NCBI GenBank assembly: GCA_963789265.1
Contig: CAWBKB010000001.1
Location: forward strand, 1,056,001 to 1,120,000
DNA length: 64,000 nucleotides
Origin: an uncultured delta proteobacterium
GTDB lineage: Bacteria; Desulfobacterota; Desulfomonilia; Desulfomonilales; Desulfomonilaceae
Reading direction: 5' to 3'
Of this stretch, positions 53,647 through 63,482 are shown in pieces. A model generated the notes under the pieces. It was given only the letters and a program-made list of their open reading frames with translations. It did not search any database and was not told the DNA's origin. How positions within the stretch are numbered: position 1 is the stretch's first letter; every line of letters starts with the position of its first letter. The position numbers and the translations under genes are program-made.

Positions 53647-54746
53647 CTACTTGTCAAGAAAGCGCAATATCGCATAGTCAGGGTACGTGTTGGACCGACG
53701 CTTCCTCCCGTCAGCTTTCAGTGTTTCCACAGCAATCCGGCCACAAGCCTCGTCCTGCTTAAGTGCGGCTGTCATATGCTTCTTCAAAAACGCTGTCTTG
53801 TCTTCGACGAACCTGCGCACCTCCAAGCAGGTGATAACTCCTTTTGCTCTGAATTGATCCCGAAGTTGGTCGATGAGCGTCGATGTGGTGTCGACATCGA
53901 ACAGGTACTCGCTGGTTAGGATTCGTGGCATCAGAGAATCTGAACTCGCCGTTTGGGTCGATTCGCCACATTGCCTCCTTCATCTTGAGATGCCCAAGTT
54001 CATGGTTGGTGGCGAAGAACAGATAGTATTGCGTGCGGTCTTGCCGATCGCGCATCTCGAAGTACCGCACGTACTCGGCCACACGTTCGAGATTTGACTG
54101 GTAAAGCTCCCTGAGCTGAACCACCCGGTTGCCGACACCCTTAGCGATGCAAATCGCTTCGACGGTTCCAAACGCCTCGACAATGTGCTGCACCACCTTG
54201 TCCTCTGGATGCTCGAGGAACCGGTTGATCGCGTCGACCATGAACGTAATGAAGACCTCGCAACGCTTGTATTTCAGCAGCCGTTCGATCAAGGAGAATG
54301 GGATACCTGAAAATCCGAAGGGATCGATGAACGCGAACGTTGGAGCGAGGGTGCCGCTACCCTCTTTGATGCAGTCCATCATCACCGCGAACTTCTCGTG
54401 GAACCGGCCGGTCTCCGGTATCACTTTGAAGTGAGCTGGGGTGTCCAAGTTTTCGAGCTCCTGCTTGAGATGCTCGATGCGGTCTTGCCGCTCATCGATG
54501 AACCAGAAGACAACTTCGTGCTGTATTGTCTTGCGATGGTTGAGTGCCACATTGAGAGCGATCAAGGGCGAACCGGCCTCACCCCCCGCGTAACGCCCAG
54601 GCCCACAGAATCCGTCGATGTAGACGATGCGGCTATGCCAAGTACTCGAATATTGGGAACCACGCCGCAAGGTACCGGCCCAGGATTTCATGCTTGGCTC
54701 TCGTGTGCGGGTCCATTACCCACAAGGTGTCTTTGGGCGTGACCAT
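53647..54746 (-). CDS. tcmP: Three-Cys-motif partner protein TcmP (apparent +1 frameshifts at ~54648 and ~53905)
   Basis: MVTPKDTLW..DPHTRAKHEIL.RYLAAWFPI, YIDGFCGPG.Y, FAFIDPFG, YYLFFATNH..G..KMKEAMW..DP.G. Confidence 0.88.
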
Positions 54747-55172
54747 ACCTTTCCCTATTCCCCCTTCTCCCGGCGCGAGAGCGATCCCCCCTTTGCTTTG
54801 GCTGTTGAGACTCTTCGCTGTAACTGGCTAACTATACGTGTGTCCAGTGCGCGGTCCAAGTACTTGAAAGCACTTCTTTCTCGATCTTGAGGTAATAGCC
54901 AGCCTCCAACGCACTGCGCAGATAGTCCCATAATTCCCGAACCACGGTGTCGATGTTTCTTCTCTTCTCAGATGAACTCATTCGCGGGAGAGGACCCGAC
55001 CATGCACACCGGTCACTCCGATGGCTCCTCAGACCCAAGTTGGTGGCGTCGCGGTTGCTGACAGGCAGCCACTGAGCACAACAGCCCCTATCATGTGGAA
55101 GGAATGGATTCTTCGGACCTTTTCTGAGGCTACGTCCCCGCATGCTCAAAGTCAATCATGAATTTGTCCTTG

Positions 55173-55335
55173 TCCCGGATAAACCATACCTCAGATGTTC
55201 CATTGGTCTTATTTGCCCCTGACTTTTTTCTTTAGAGCACCCGCCCCAGCATTTTCTCAAAGTGGCCGATGAATGCGTCGGTGTCAAGCGGAAGAAGAAG
55301 GTCTGCTGCCGCCGAAACTGAGAGGAGTGAAGTGT
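55173..55335 (-). mobile_element. Internally deleted RAYT-like remnant, copy A
   Basis: FRRQQTFFF joined to PLDTDAFIGHFEKMLGRVL*RKKSG; terminus GAGGTATGGTTTATCCGGGA. Confidence 0.72.
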
Positions 55336-55383
55336 CACCAGCGACCCATATGAGTCGAGGGCAAACTTGACCTCTTCTTCCGG

Positions 55384-56971
55384 CTAGCCCAAGGGGTGCC
55401 ATCCACTCCACCCGACGCCTGTAACCTGCCAAGTGTGGCGGCGTAATCCGTCGCGCCATTGGCTAAAGACTTCTAGCCGACCATCGGCATTGCGAGATAC
55501 TTCGAACGTATTCATGTCGCCTTCCAAATTCTCCCAGGAACCCCATCCGCTCTGGGTGTGCCATATGTGGCGTAGGCTGCCATCCCCCCATTTGGCAAAA
55601 ACCTCAAGCCGACCGTCAAGGTTTTGTGCCACGCGAATGAAATCTACCGACCCTCCGAGTGTATGCCAGTCGCTCCATCCCGTTACGGTCCTGCTATCCT
55701 GCCATATGTGCCTCACGGCTTTGTCGTTTCCACACCCAAAAACTTCTAACAGGCCGTCGCGGTTTAGCAGGACTTCAACAGATTCAATAGCGCCACCTAA
55801 GCTGGCCCACTCACTCCAACCGCCTGGACAATTGGGATCTTGCCATATGTGCCAGAGGGCGCCGGCCTCGTCTCTCGCAAACACCTCCAACCGACCGTCA
55901 GCATTCAGTTTGGCTTTGAAATCTCCCAGGCTTGGGACTGACAGGCTCTCTCCTTTGCCGGAATCTGTGTTCTCAGGCGACTTGCACATGCGTCGTTTCC
56001 TCGTTCCGAGCGAAAGAGTTTTCTTGCCATCGGATATTACATTTTCCGCTTTACCGAACTCGCGGCGTTGGTCAAAGTATGATCTGAGCTGCAATGTGAC
56101 TTCATCAGAATCGATGTCACAGGATATTATGGTGTAACCATTAATGTAATCTCGGGATTGATACAAGCACCCGCAGTGACTCATGACTGCTGAAGCAGCC
56201 ATATGCTCCACACGTTCCGACTCCGGGTCATGGTTATGCCCGAAAAGGAGCACGTCAAACTCGCTGAAAGCACGCCGCTTCGTACCTGCCATGTTCCATA
56301 GGTGATAGCCAGGGGAAGGAATGATGCATGACGCCTATTAGCAGGTCACAGTCTTTCACAGCCTGTAAGGCCGAATCAATCTGGCGCTCTCCTATGCTAA
56401 GGTTTCCGTAGTCAGCGTTCCCGGGTCTTCCGGTGGCTCGCCAGCAGGAGTTGAGGGAGCATAGACCCACTGCGGCACCATCAATGTCGATGGTGTAAGA
56501 GCGGTACAGTGGGTTTTTTGCACTCAGCCCCCTCGAAGGATGAGAGTCAATGAAGCGGTTGAATTGGTCCAATCTGTGCAGGTAATAGGGTTTGGTCGGG
56601 AAAGAATCGATAATGCGATTAATGTCATGGAAGTTTTTGCAACCTTCTCGCACCCCCGCGTCCAGGGTCTCGTCGACTTGGTCTCTGTCTATGTCATGAT
56701 TGCCGGGAGCTAAGAAAAATAGGCCCGGTTCCAGCCCCAGCACCTTCACCACGGGGGGCACGAGCAGATTATAGGCGACTTCAAAATCGTCGGCTACGTT
56801 GCCTGCTTGAACAAGGTCACCGGAAAAGACAACAAAACTGGGGTGGATGCCTTCCTCTGTTTCGAGCTTCGCCAAGTCAGCAATTAACGCGTCAATGACC
56901 GTCCGGACGTTTGTATCCCACGTCTTGCCATAGTGGAGGTCCGATAGATGAACAAAAGATATTTTCTCCAC
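55384..56971 (-). CDS. Calcineurin-like metallophosphoesterase fused to PLL-type lectin beta-propeller repeats (apparent +1 frameshift at ~56288)
   Basis: HLSDLH, SGDL, PGNHD, MHH, GHNH motifs split across two ORFs; four N.DGRLEVF...L.H.WQ...W..W..LGG repeats. Confidence 0.82.
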
Positions 56972-57306
56972 GTGCTCAACCCTCCCTCCTCAGCGGTGGT
57001 CGGAATGCGTCGCCCGATCACAAGAGGCATTTAACGTTCTTGAATCGCGAAGATGAAGTCCAACCGCGGTCGTCGAGGGTTGTCCCAGGCCGCTTCCATC
57101 CGCAAGACTGGCGATACTCGTAGACCCCGGGAGAGCAAGCCCTTCCAAACGTCCCTACTGTCTCCCTTACCCGTCCAACTGCACATGGGACATTGACCTG
57201 AGACGGCACCTTCTTCGGAACCGGAATATGAGCGAAAGATTTAATACCCCGCAGCACGTCCACTCACCTTTGGGGCCCTTTGGGGGCACTGGATCCCGCC
57301 CTCAAC

Positions 57307-57342
57307 AAAAACAGGGGAGCCGAGACTTCTCAACTCCCCTGT
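57307..57342 (-). terminator. Rho-independent terminator-like hairpin downstream of the tRNA fragment
   Basis: Minus strand ACAGGGGAG-TTGAGAAGTCTCGG-CTCCCCTGT followed by a T-run. Confidence 0.55.
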
Positions 57343-57359
57343 GATATTAGTGTCTTATC

Positions 57360-57398
57360 TGGCGTCCCCAAGGGGATTTGAACCCCTGTCGCCGGCTT
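57360..57398 (-). other. tRNA-Glu 3'-end fragment (att-like site), copy 1
   Basis: Minus strand AAGCCGGCGACAGGGGTTCAAATCCCCTTGGGGACGCCA: T-arm, acceptor 3' strand and CCA; no 5' half. Glu assignment is from resemblance only. Confidence 0.75.
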
Positions 57399-57405
57399 CT
57401 GATTT

Positions 57406-57630
57406 TCAAAGCAGCGCATTGAACTGGTCCACAGTAAGCCCGACATCGTGAATTATGGCTCTTAGCGTTCCTTTGGCCACCTCGTTGTGGTCCGGAACCA
57501 CGATCCTTCGGTATGGGTAGCTCGACTGTCTCAGGACAATGTGGCTCCCTCGTTGATGATCCTTCTCATAGCCGAGTTTCCTTAGCGCCCGCACAACCTC
57601 GCGGCCGGACAGTTGGGGCAGCCGTGTCAA
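57406..57630 (-). CDS. hicA: HicA family mRNase toxin
   Basis: LSGREVVRAL...QRGSH...VPDH.EV..GTLRAI. Confidence 0.93.
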   Translation of the reverse strand: MTRLPQLSGREVVRALRKLGYEKDHQRGSHIVLRQSSYPYRRIVVPDHNEVAKGTLRAIIHDVGLTVDQFNALL

Positions 57631-57839
57631 ATGGCTACCTCGACAAGTTCTTCGGCTATAGGAGGCGGAATAGGCTCGTCATGTGCGGCAAGACTTTCAA
57701 GATAAGCGGCTATGGCTTCCTTGGCGTTTTCGATGGCCTCCTGCCGAGTGCGCCCTTGAGAGATACACCCTGGCAGTGACGGCACTCGTACCACGAAGAC
57801 CCCATCTTCATCCTGTTCAATTAAGATTCGGTATTTCAT
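57627..57839 (-). CDS. hicB: HicB family antitoxin (short form)
   Basis: EQDEDGVFVV.VPSLPGCISQG.T..EA..NAKEAI. Confidence 0.93.
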   Translation of the reverse strand: MKYRILIEQDEDGVFVVRVPSLPGCISQGRTRQEAIENAKEAIAAYLESLAAHDEPIPPPIAEELVEVAI

Positions 57840-57967
57840 TTTCTGCCTCGTCAATCCAGGCAAGTGCGGTAAACCGGTAAGTCGTGGAAGAAATGCGTTA
57901 GAAAAAAGAGGAATCAGGACTAAGAAGCCCAGATTTTCCGGTCTCTTCGCTCTTTAATGTGTTGTTG

Positions 57968-58000
57968 TGGCGTCCCCAAGGGGGCTTGAACCCCTGTCGC
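57968..58000 (-). other. tRNA-Glu 3'-end fragment (att-like site), copy 2
   Basis: TGGCGTCCCCAAGGGGGCTTGAACCCCTGTCGC; 31/33 identical to copy 1. Confidence 0.7.
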
Positions 58001-58319
58001 GAGAGCGAGAGAAATATCCCATAGTTTCCAAGGGTTGCGCTAATCGCCTTTCCTGATGAGAATTTCACAACTTCCCGATTCATGCCATGAAACTTTTTAG
58101 CACTATTTTTCCTTTTTTCAGAAGATTTTTTCCAAGAAAGGCTCCCACGGACTGGTACCTTGCCCTCCCTTCTCGAATCGTGACCGCGAACGTCATTTTT
58201 TCTCAAATCGACGGAGCTTACTCAGATATCTCTTAAGGCTGCCCGCATCATCTTAGAGTCGTCCGCAAGCCCATGGTCTCAGGGCTTCCAGCTCTCTCGC
58301 CACAGCCCCATCCGCTTGC

Positions 58320-59466
58320 CTAAATTCCTATTTCCCGTGCCACTACTACACGCATGATGTCGGGAGTTCCTCCTCCGATGAGGGGAAAATAGGAGTCGCG
58401 AAGATATCGTTCAACCGGGTATTCCGTCATGAGACCGTATCCGCCGAAGATGGACAGCGCCATTGAGCAGATCTTGTTGGCGGCCTCGCAGACGATGATC
58501 TTAGTTAGTGCAGCCTCTTTTGAGACTTTTTCGCCTCGATCTGCTTTGCGAGCGGCATAATACAGGTACAGCTCGGCACTCTCCAACATAGCCAGCATGT
58601 CCGCGAGTCGGAACCGCACTGCCTGAAACTTGCTGATAGGCATCCCAAACTGCTCTCGTTCTTTGGCATATTTGAGCGCCGCCTCGTATGCCGCCTTTGC
58701 CAATCCCAGGGAAGTTGCTCCAGTCATGATCCGGTCCGCTTCGAGGTGTGGTATCACCGCGAGGAGGCCGGTATTTTCTTTGCCGAGCAAATGGTCTTTA
58801 GGAACCACGAGGTCCTCAAAAACAAGTTCCGCTGTATCTGAACAATGGGTGGTAAACTTGCTCAGCCTCTTACCCACGCGAAACCCTTTCATGGCGGTAT
58901 CGACCAGGAAAACCGAGATACCCTTCATTCCTTTTTCCTGGTCCGTCTTGGCGACAACAGCGACGAAATCCGCTATCGTGCCGTTGGAAGTAAAAATTTT
59001 AGTACCATTGAGGACGTACGAGTCGCCATCACGTACGGCTCGGGTGCGAATTGCCGCAGCGTCGGAACCTGCCCCGGGCTCGGTTAAAGCAAATGCTCCG
59101 ATCTTTTCACCACGCAGCGCAGGAACCAGGTAGTTTTGCTTCAGATTGTCGGACCCAAAGTGATAAATGGACAGAAGAGGAACTGACGTCGCCATTGCAA
59201 CCGTTGCAGAAAATCCAGCCGATACTTTGGCTAACTCTTCCACCAGAATGCAGTGATAAGTGTTCGGCTGGTCCACGCCTGCTCCGCCGTACTCCTCAGG
59301 GAACTTCACTCCAAGAAAACCCAGTTCTCCCATTTCTCGGATGAGATGGCGCGGCGGTTCCCCTGTTTCTGTCCAGCTCTTCAGCAATCGGAGCAAGCCG
59401 TTCCTGTACGAACCGGGCGACGTGCCGGCGAAATTCTTCAGCTTCCCATGATAAACCGAGATCCAT
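58320..59466 (-). CDS. Acyl-CoA dehydrogenase (apparent +1 frameshift at ~59370)
   Basis: ALTEPGAGSD, NGTKIFTSNG, R.QFG..I..FQ, FGGYG; the true N-terminus MDLGLSWEAEEFRRHVARF lies in another frame. Confidence 0.92.
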
Positions 59467-59552
59467 TTCACATCCCCTTCTTCTCTACCTATTGGCAGCG
59501 TCCAGACAGGAACCTTGTGGCTTTGCTTCTGAAATATATGACCGGCATCGAC

Positions 59553-59831
59553 TCAACCTCCGCCCATGGTGATGAAGGATATTCCCAAGATGTCCCCTTC
59601 ATTTAGCCCGGCGGCCAGCTTTCCCGGAAGAAAGTTCGAATCCACACCATTGACTGTTACTGCAATGTCAGGGTAGATCTCTTCCAGCTCAGCGTTGACG
59701 AGCTTCACTTGCATGACTGACTCAATGGCTGCCAGGCCGGACATAAGGTTTGGATTCTCGTCCTCGAGGAGTATGCTGTCGGTCTTCAATTTAGTTCCGG
59801 TAAAGTTGGATTTGACCGAAATTTTTATCAT
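59553..59831 (-). CDS. MoaD/ThiS family sulfur carrier
   Basis: C-terminal GGG, VNG, L.EGD; adjacent to a ThiF-family gene. Confidence 0.8.
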   Translation of the reverse strand: MIKISVKSNFTGTKLKTDSILLEDENPNLMSGLAAIESVMQVKLVNAELEEIYPDIAVTVNGVDSNFLPGKLAAGLNEGDILGISFITMGGG

Positions 59832-60625
59832 CACGCCGAACCTCCCCATTGATCTGAAGTTGAATCGATTTCCCGGCACACGGTGCAATCCGCTTTTTGA
59901 TTTACTTTGCGATAAGAGAAGTTCATCGATTCTCCGTTAAAGAGGATCAATCTTCCAACAAGTGACGGCTCGGCTCCCGTGAGTATGTTGAGAGCCTCCA
60001 TCGCCTGGATGCAGCCGATGACACCCGGGGTGGGGCCCAGCACAGGAAAAGGGCTTTCGGATGGGGTCAAATCGTGGGCTTCGTAAATGCATTGAAGGCA
60101 CGGTCCCTTTCCCGGGGCTACCACGGAGGCTATGCCTCTAACGCCCAGGACTCCGCCATGCACGAGAAGCTTACCTTGTCTGCAGCATTCCCGGTTTGCT
60201 GCAAGTCGTGTCGGAAAGTTGTCCAAGGCATCGATCACGATATCAGCCTCGCCTACATATTCGCGGAAGCTATCCCGGGCTATTGCTTCGTTCACTCCGA
60301 CCGTTTCAACTTCGGGATTTACATTTCGTAAGAGCTGTTCTGCAACAACAGCTTTAGGTTTGCCTAGATCTTCGGTTGCGTAAAGCAATTGCCGATTGAG
60401 GTTGGGAAGATCGACCCGGCCATGATCGATTATCGTCAGCCGTCCAATGCCTGCTCGCACAAGGTACTGCGAGCATACACTTCCAAGGCCGCCCGCTCCC
60501 AGCAGGAGAACACGGGAACGCCTCAACCGTTGTTGGCCTTCCAGGCCGAAGCCCGGAAGGATCATCTGTCTTGCATACCGCTGCCAACGGGTCACCTCGT
60601 CAGGATTGTCGGATTCCACGGCCAT
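59831..60625 (-). CDS. HesA/MoeB/ThiF family adenylyltransferase
   Basis: RYARQ, GAGGLG, NLNRQ, DN...R, PCLQC, CTVC. Confidence 0.93.
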   Translation of the reverse strand: MAVESDNPDEVTRWQRYARQMILPGFGLEGQQRLRRSRVLLLGAGGLGSVCSQYLVRAGIGRLTIIDHGRVDLPNLNRQLLYATEDLGKPKAVVAEQLLRNVNPEVETVGVNEAIARDSFREYVGEADIVIDALDNFPTRLAANRECCRQGKLLVHGGVLGVRGIASVVAPGKGPCLQCIYEAHDLTPSESPFPVLGPTPGVIGCIQAMEALNILTGAEPSLVGRLILFNGESMNFSYRKVNQKADCTVCREIDSTSDQWGGSA

Positions 60626-60700
60626 TGCTTGCCCTGAATTGTCTGATTCAGACAGAGGTGAACTCCCTGGTTGAAGGAATTAATGACCAGTTAAATTTCA

Positions 60701-62986
60701 TTATCTCTTCATTCCCTTTTGCTCCTGTAAGGCCCAGTAGATTTTCTCAGGGGTTGCCGGGAGAGTCTTGAACCAAATTCCTGTGGCGTCCTTGAGAGCG
60801 CTCACGATTGCGCTCGGAGTGCTCACAATGCAGCCTTCGCTGGCCTCTTTGGCGCCGTAGGGCCCGTCAGGATCTTCGGTAATAATGTCTATCACTTCTA
60901 TGTTCGGGACATCTGTCGAGAGAGGCATCTTGTAATTGGTAAGGCTCGCGTTTCGTGTTCTTCCCCCGTCCATGATGAATCCTTCATAGAGTGTCTGGCC
61001 CAGCCCCTGTACCGCTCCTCCCTGATTTTGGGCATGAACGTTGAGGGGATTCAAGGGGCGGCCGCAGTCATGCGCAATGATGGTGTTCTCGCAACGGGCA
61101 ACTCCGGTCTCAAGGTCAACCCTAACTTCAGCCAACTGGGCGGTGAAGCTGTACGACGTGCCCGGGTTGCCAAGCCCTTTGTCCCAGTCGTACCGTTCGA
61201 TGCCGTATTGCGAGTATCCCCTTCCCAGAATAACTGCCCCGGACCCTGAGTAGCAGGCTATTTTGGCGAGTTTCCCGAAGGGCATTGACAACTCGGGACG
61301 ACCTTTCACGAATACCTTTCCTTCTCGGAACTCGATATCATCGGGCTGGGTTTTCCATTCCCTTGCTGCAAATTGAGCAAGTTGGTTTTTGACATCTTGC
61401 GCAGCTCTCTGGGCCGCCATTCCGGCGAGTATGGTCACGCGACTTCCGTAGCTACCCGGGTCACAGGGGGTTACTGCCGTATCTACCCTCTTGATATTCA
61501 CGTCCTCCATCCGGACGCCCAACTCTTCGGCCACGATCTGAACGAGCACCGTGTCAGATCCCTGGCCGCAGTCCGTCGCTCCCGTCAGGTAGTTTACCGT
61601 TCCGTCCTCACAAAGCCTGACAATAGCCGCGCAGGATTGATGACCCAATTGTCTGGCCCCTCCAAGGTACGAAGCCGCTGAAAGACCCACTCCTCTGCCG
61701 GCTTTGGCTCCGTTGCCTCGGCGTTTCCAGATTTCTGTTTTCTTCAGCGTCTCCAAGCCCTCTGTGAGGCCGCAACTTTTTACGGTAATCTCGTTGACGG
61801 TTTCATAGGGGGCTTTAATGGCATTCTTCAGACGAACATCAATCGGATCGATGCCGAGTTCTTCGGCGAGCATGTCCATTTGGATCTCCGCGGCAAAACG
61901 GGTGTGGGTTGCGCCGTGTCCCCGCATAGCCGCGCTGACAGGATGGTTTGTAAAGATTCGGTATGCATCGTACCTGAAATTGGGCAGCTTGTACGGGAGT
62001 GTTGTCATTGCGCCGCTCAAGTAGAGCGTCAGCGGGCCGATGGCAGTGTATGCTCCGCCCTCCGCTATCGCTTTTTGCTGAAGCGCGAGCAGAGTGCCGT
62101 CCTTCTTCATGCCCATCTTGCTGTGGATAATGAAGTTGTGTCTGCGACGAGCCGTCTTGAGCACTTCCTCCATACTGTAAACGAATTTCACCGGTCTGCC
62201 GGTCCATTTGGAAAAGAGAACCGAGCAGAAATCACCGGCCACGGAGTCATTCTTGGTGCCGCCGAAGCCCGCGCCGACGAACGGCTGAATAATTCGTATC
62301 TTATTCAGGGGTAGGCCAAAACAGGCTGCCATGTGGCGATAAACAAAATAAGGGCTCTGTTTTGCACCCCAAAGCGTAATCCCGCTGGAGTCGTACATGG
62401 CAACGGCCGCCGGAGGTTCGAGATATCCCGTAAGAACTCTCCCTGTTTCAAAACGGTCCTCACGCACCATGTGCGAGTCGGCGAATGCCTTTTCCACGTC
62501 ACCGAAGTCCATGTGGAATTCCCAGCTCCGGTTATTTTGCACGTAATCGTGCACGGCCGGAGCACCCGGTTTCATGGCCTCTTCGGGATCGAATACTCCG
62601 GGAAGTTCCTCATAATCCACGTGGATGAGCCCCGCGGCTTCTTCGGCGGTTTCTTCATCCACTGCCGCGACCGCGGCCACAGCTTCTCCCAGGTAACGAG
62701 CTTTGCCCACAGCCAAGGGAGGTTCGTCTCGGGTCTGAGGCATGAAACCCCAAGTCCATCCGTGAAAATCTTTTCCAGTACAAACTGCTTTCACACCCGA
62801 ATGACTTTCTGCGCGACTTGTATCAATTTTGAGGATTTTAGCGTGGGGATGCGGGCTGCGCAAAATCTTGCACCAGAGCATCCCGGGAAAAGAAAAGTCA
62901 GCGGCGTATTTTCCGCCGCCGGTGACTTTATCAAGGGCGTCTACCCGGGGAATCGGTTTTCCTATTATTGAACATTCTTGCATCAC
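60701..62986 (-). CDS. Xanthine dehydrogenase family molybdopterin-binding subunit
   Basis: RVDALDKVTG, RSPHPHA, GAGFGG, AMRGHG, GQG, GSYGSR, QGLG, GAKEASE. Confidence 0.95.
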   Translation of the reverse strand: MMQECSIIGKPIPRVDALDKVTGGGKYAADFSFPGMLWCKILRSPHPHAKILKIDTSRAESHSGVKAVCTGKDFHGWTWGFMPQTRDEPPLAVGKARYLGEAVAAVAAVDEETAEEAAGLIHVDYEELPGVFDPEEAMKPGAPAVHDYVQNNRSWEFHMDFGDVEKAFADSHMVREDRFETGRVLTGYLEPPAAVAMYDSSGITLWGAKQSPYFVYRHMAACFGLPLNKIRIIQPFVGAGFGGTKNDSVAGDFCSVLFSKWTGRPVKFVYSMEEVLKTARRRHNFIIHSKMGMKKDGTLLALQQKAIAEGGAYTAIGPLTLYLSGAMTTLPYKLPNFRYDAYRIFTNHPVSAAMRGHGATHTRFAAEIQMDMLAEELGIDPIDVRLKNAIKAPYETVNEITVKSCGLTEGLETLKKTEIWKRRGNGAKAGRGVGLSAASYLGGARQLGHQSCAAIVRLCEDGTVNYLTGATDCGQGSDTVLVQIVAEELGVRMEDVNIKRVDTAVTPCDPGSYGSRVTILAGMAAQRAAQDVKNQLAQFAAREWKTQPDDIEFREGKVFVKGRPELSMPFGKLAKIACYSGSGAVILGRGYSQYGIERYDWDKGLGNPGTSYSFTAQLAEVRVDLETGVARCENTIIAHDCGRPLNPLNVHAQNQGGAVQGLGQTLYEGFIMDGGRTRNASLTNYKMPLSTDVPNIEVIDIITEDPDGPYGAKEASEGCIVSTPSAIVSALKDATGIWFKTLPATPEKIYWALQEQKGMKR

Positions 62987-63462
62987 GATTCCCCTCCTTC
63001 ACTGATCATCTCGGCGGCAGCTTCTATGGATTCGATAATTTTCGTATAACCGGTGCATCGGCAGAAGTTGCCGGCTATGCCCTCGCGTATGTCTTCTTCA
63101 GTCGGGTGCGGGTATTTCTTCAGTAAGTATGTGCCCGAGACAATCATACCAGGCGTGCAGAAGCCGCACTGGGCTCCTCCGTGCTTCACGAATGCCTCTT
63201 GAATCGGATGCAATTTTTCTTTTGTCCCGACCCCCTCGACGGTCACAATGGATTTTCCGTGCGCCTCGGCTGCCAAAACGAGGCAACTATTCACTGTGAC
63301 ACCATCCATTATGACAGTGCACGCTCCGCACTCGCCCATTCCGCACCCTTCTTTGGTACCTGTAAGATGTAATCTCTCCCGAATCATCTCGAGGAGCGTT
63401 TCCGACGGAGCAACCTCAATGCTCTCCAGCTTTCCGTTCACGGTACACTCGATTTGTTTCAT
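62983..63462 (-). CDS. Xanthine dehydrogenase family (2Fe-2S) subunit
   Basis: GCGMGECGAC, QCGFCTPG, NFCRCTGY. Confidence 0.95.
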   Translation of the reverse strand: MKQIECTVNGKLESIEVAPSETLLEMIRERLHLTGTKEGCGMGECGACTVIMDGVTVNSCLVLAAEAHGKSIVTVEGVGTKEKLHPIQEAFVKHGGAQCGFCTPGMIVSGTYLLKKYPHPTEEDIREGIAGNFCRCTGYTKIIESIEAAAEMISEGGES

Positions 63463-63482
63463 GAGAAGTCCTCCTTCGGTCG

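Noticed and set aside
54832..55155. 107-aa ORF between the RAYT remnant and tcmP
   Set aside because: No recognisable motifs; may be a decayed or frameshifted cassette, so not called as a CDS
50902..55335. CRISPR array or classical integron attC sites
   Set aside because: Repeats are 160-265 bp, degenerate and separated by whole genes; no RYYYAAC...GTTRRRY boxes, intI or cas genes seen
57018..57263. Possible tyrosine integrase C-terminal relic (..RQSCGWKRPGTTLD..)
   Set aside because: Resemblance to box II is too weak to support
57360..58000. Functional tRNA genes
   Set aside because: Only T-arm and acceptor 3' halves are present; no D-arm or complete anticodon arm
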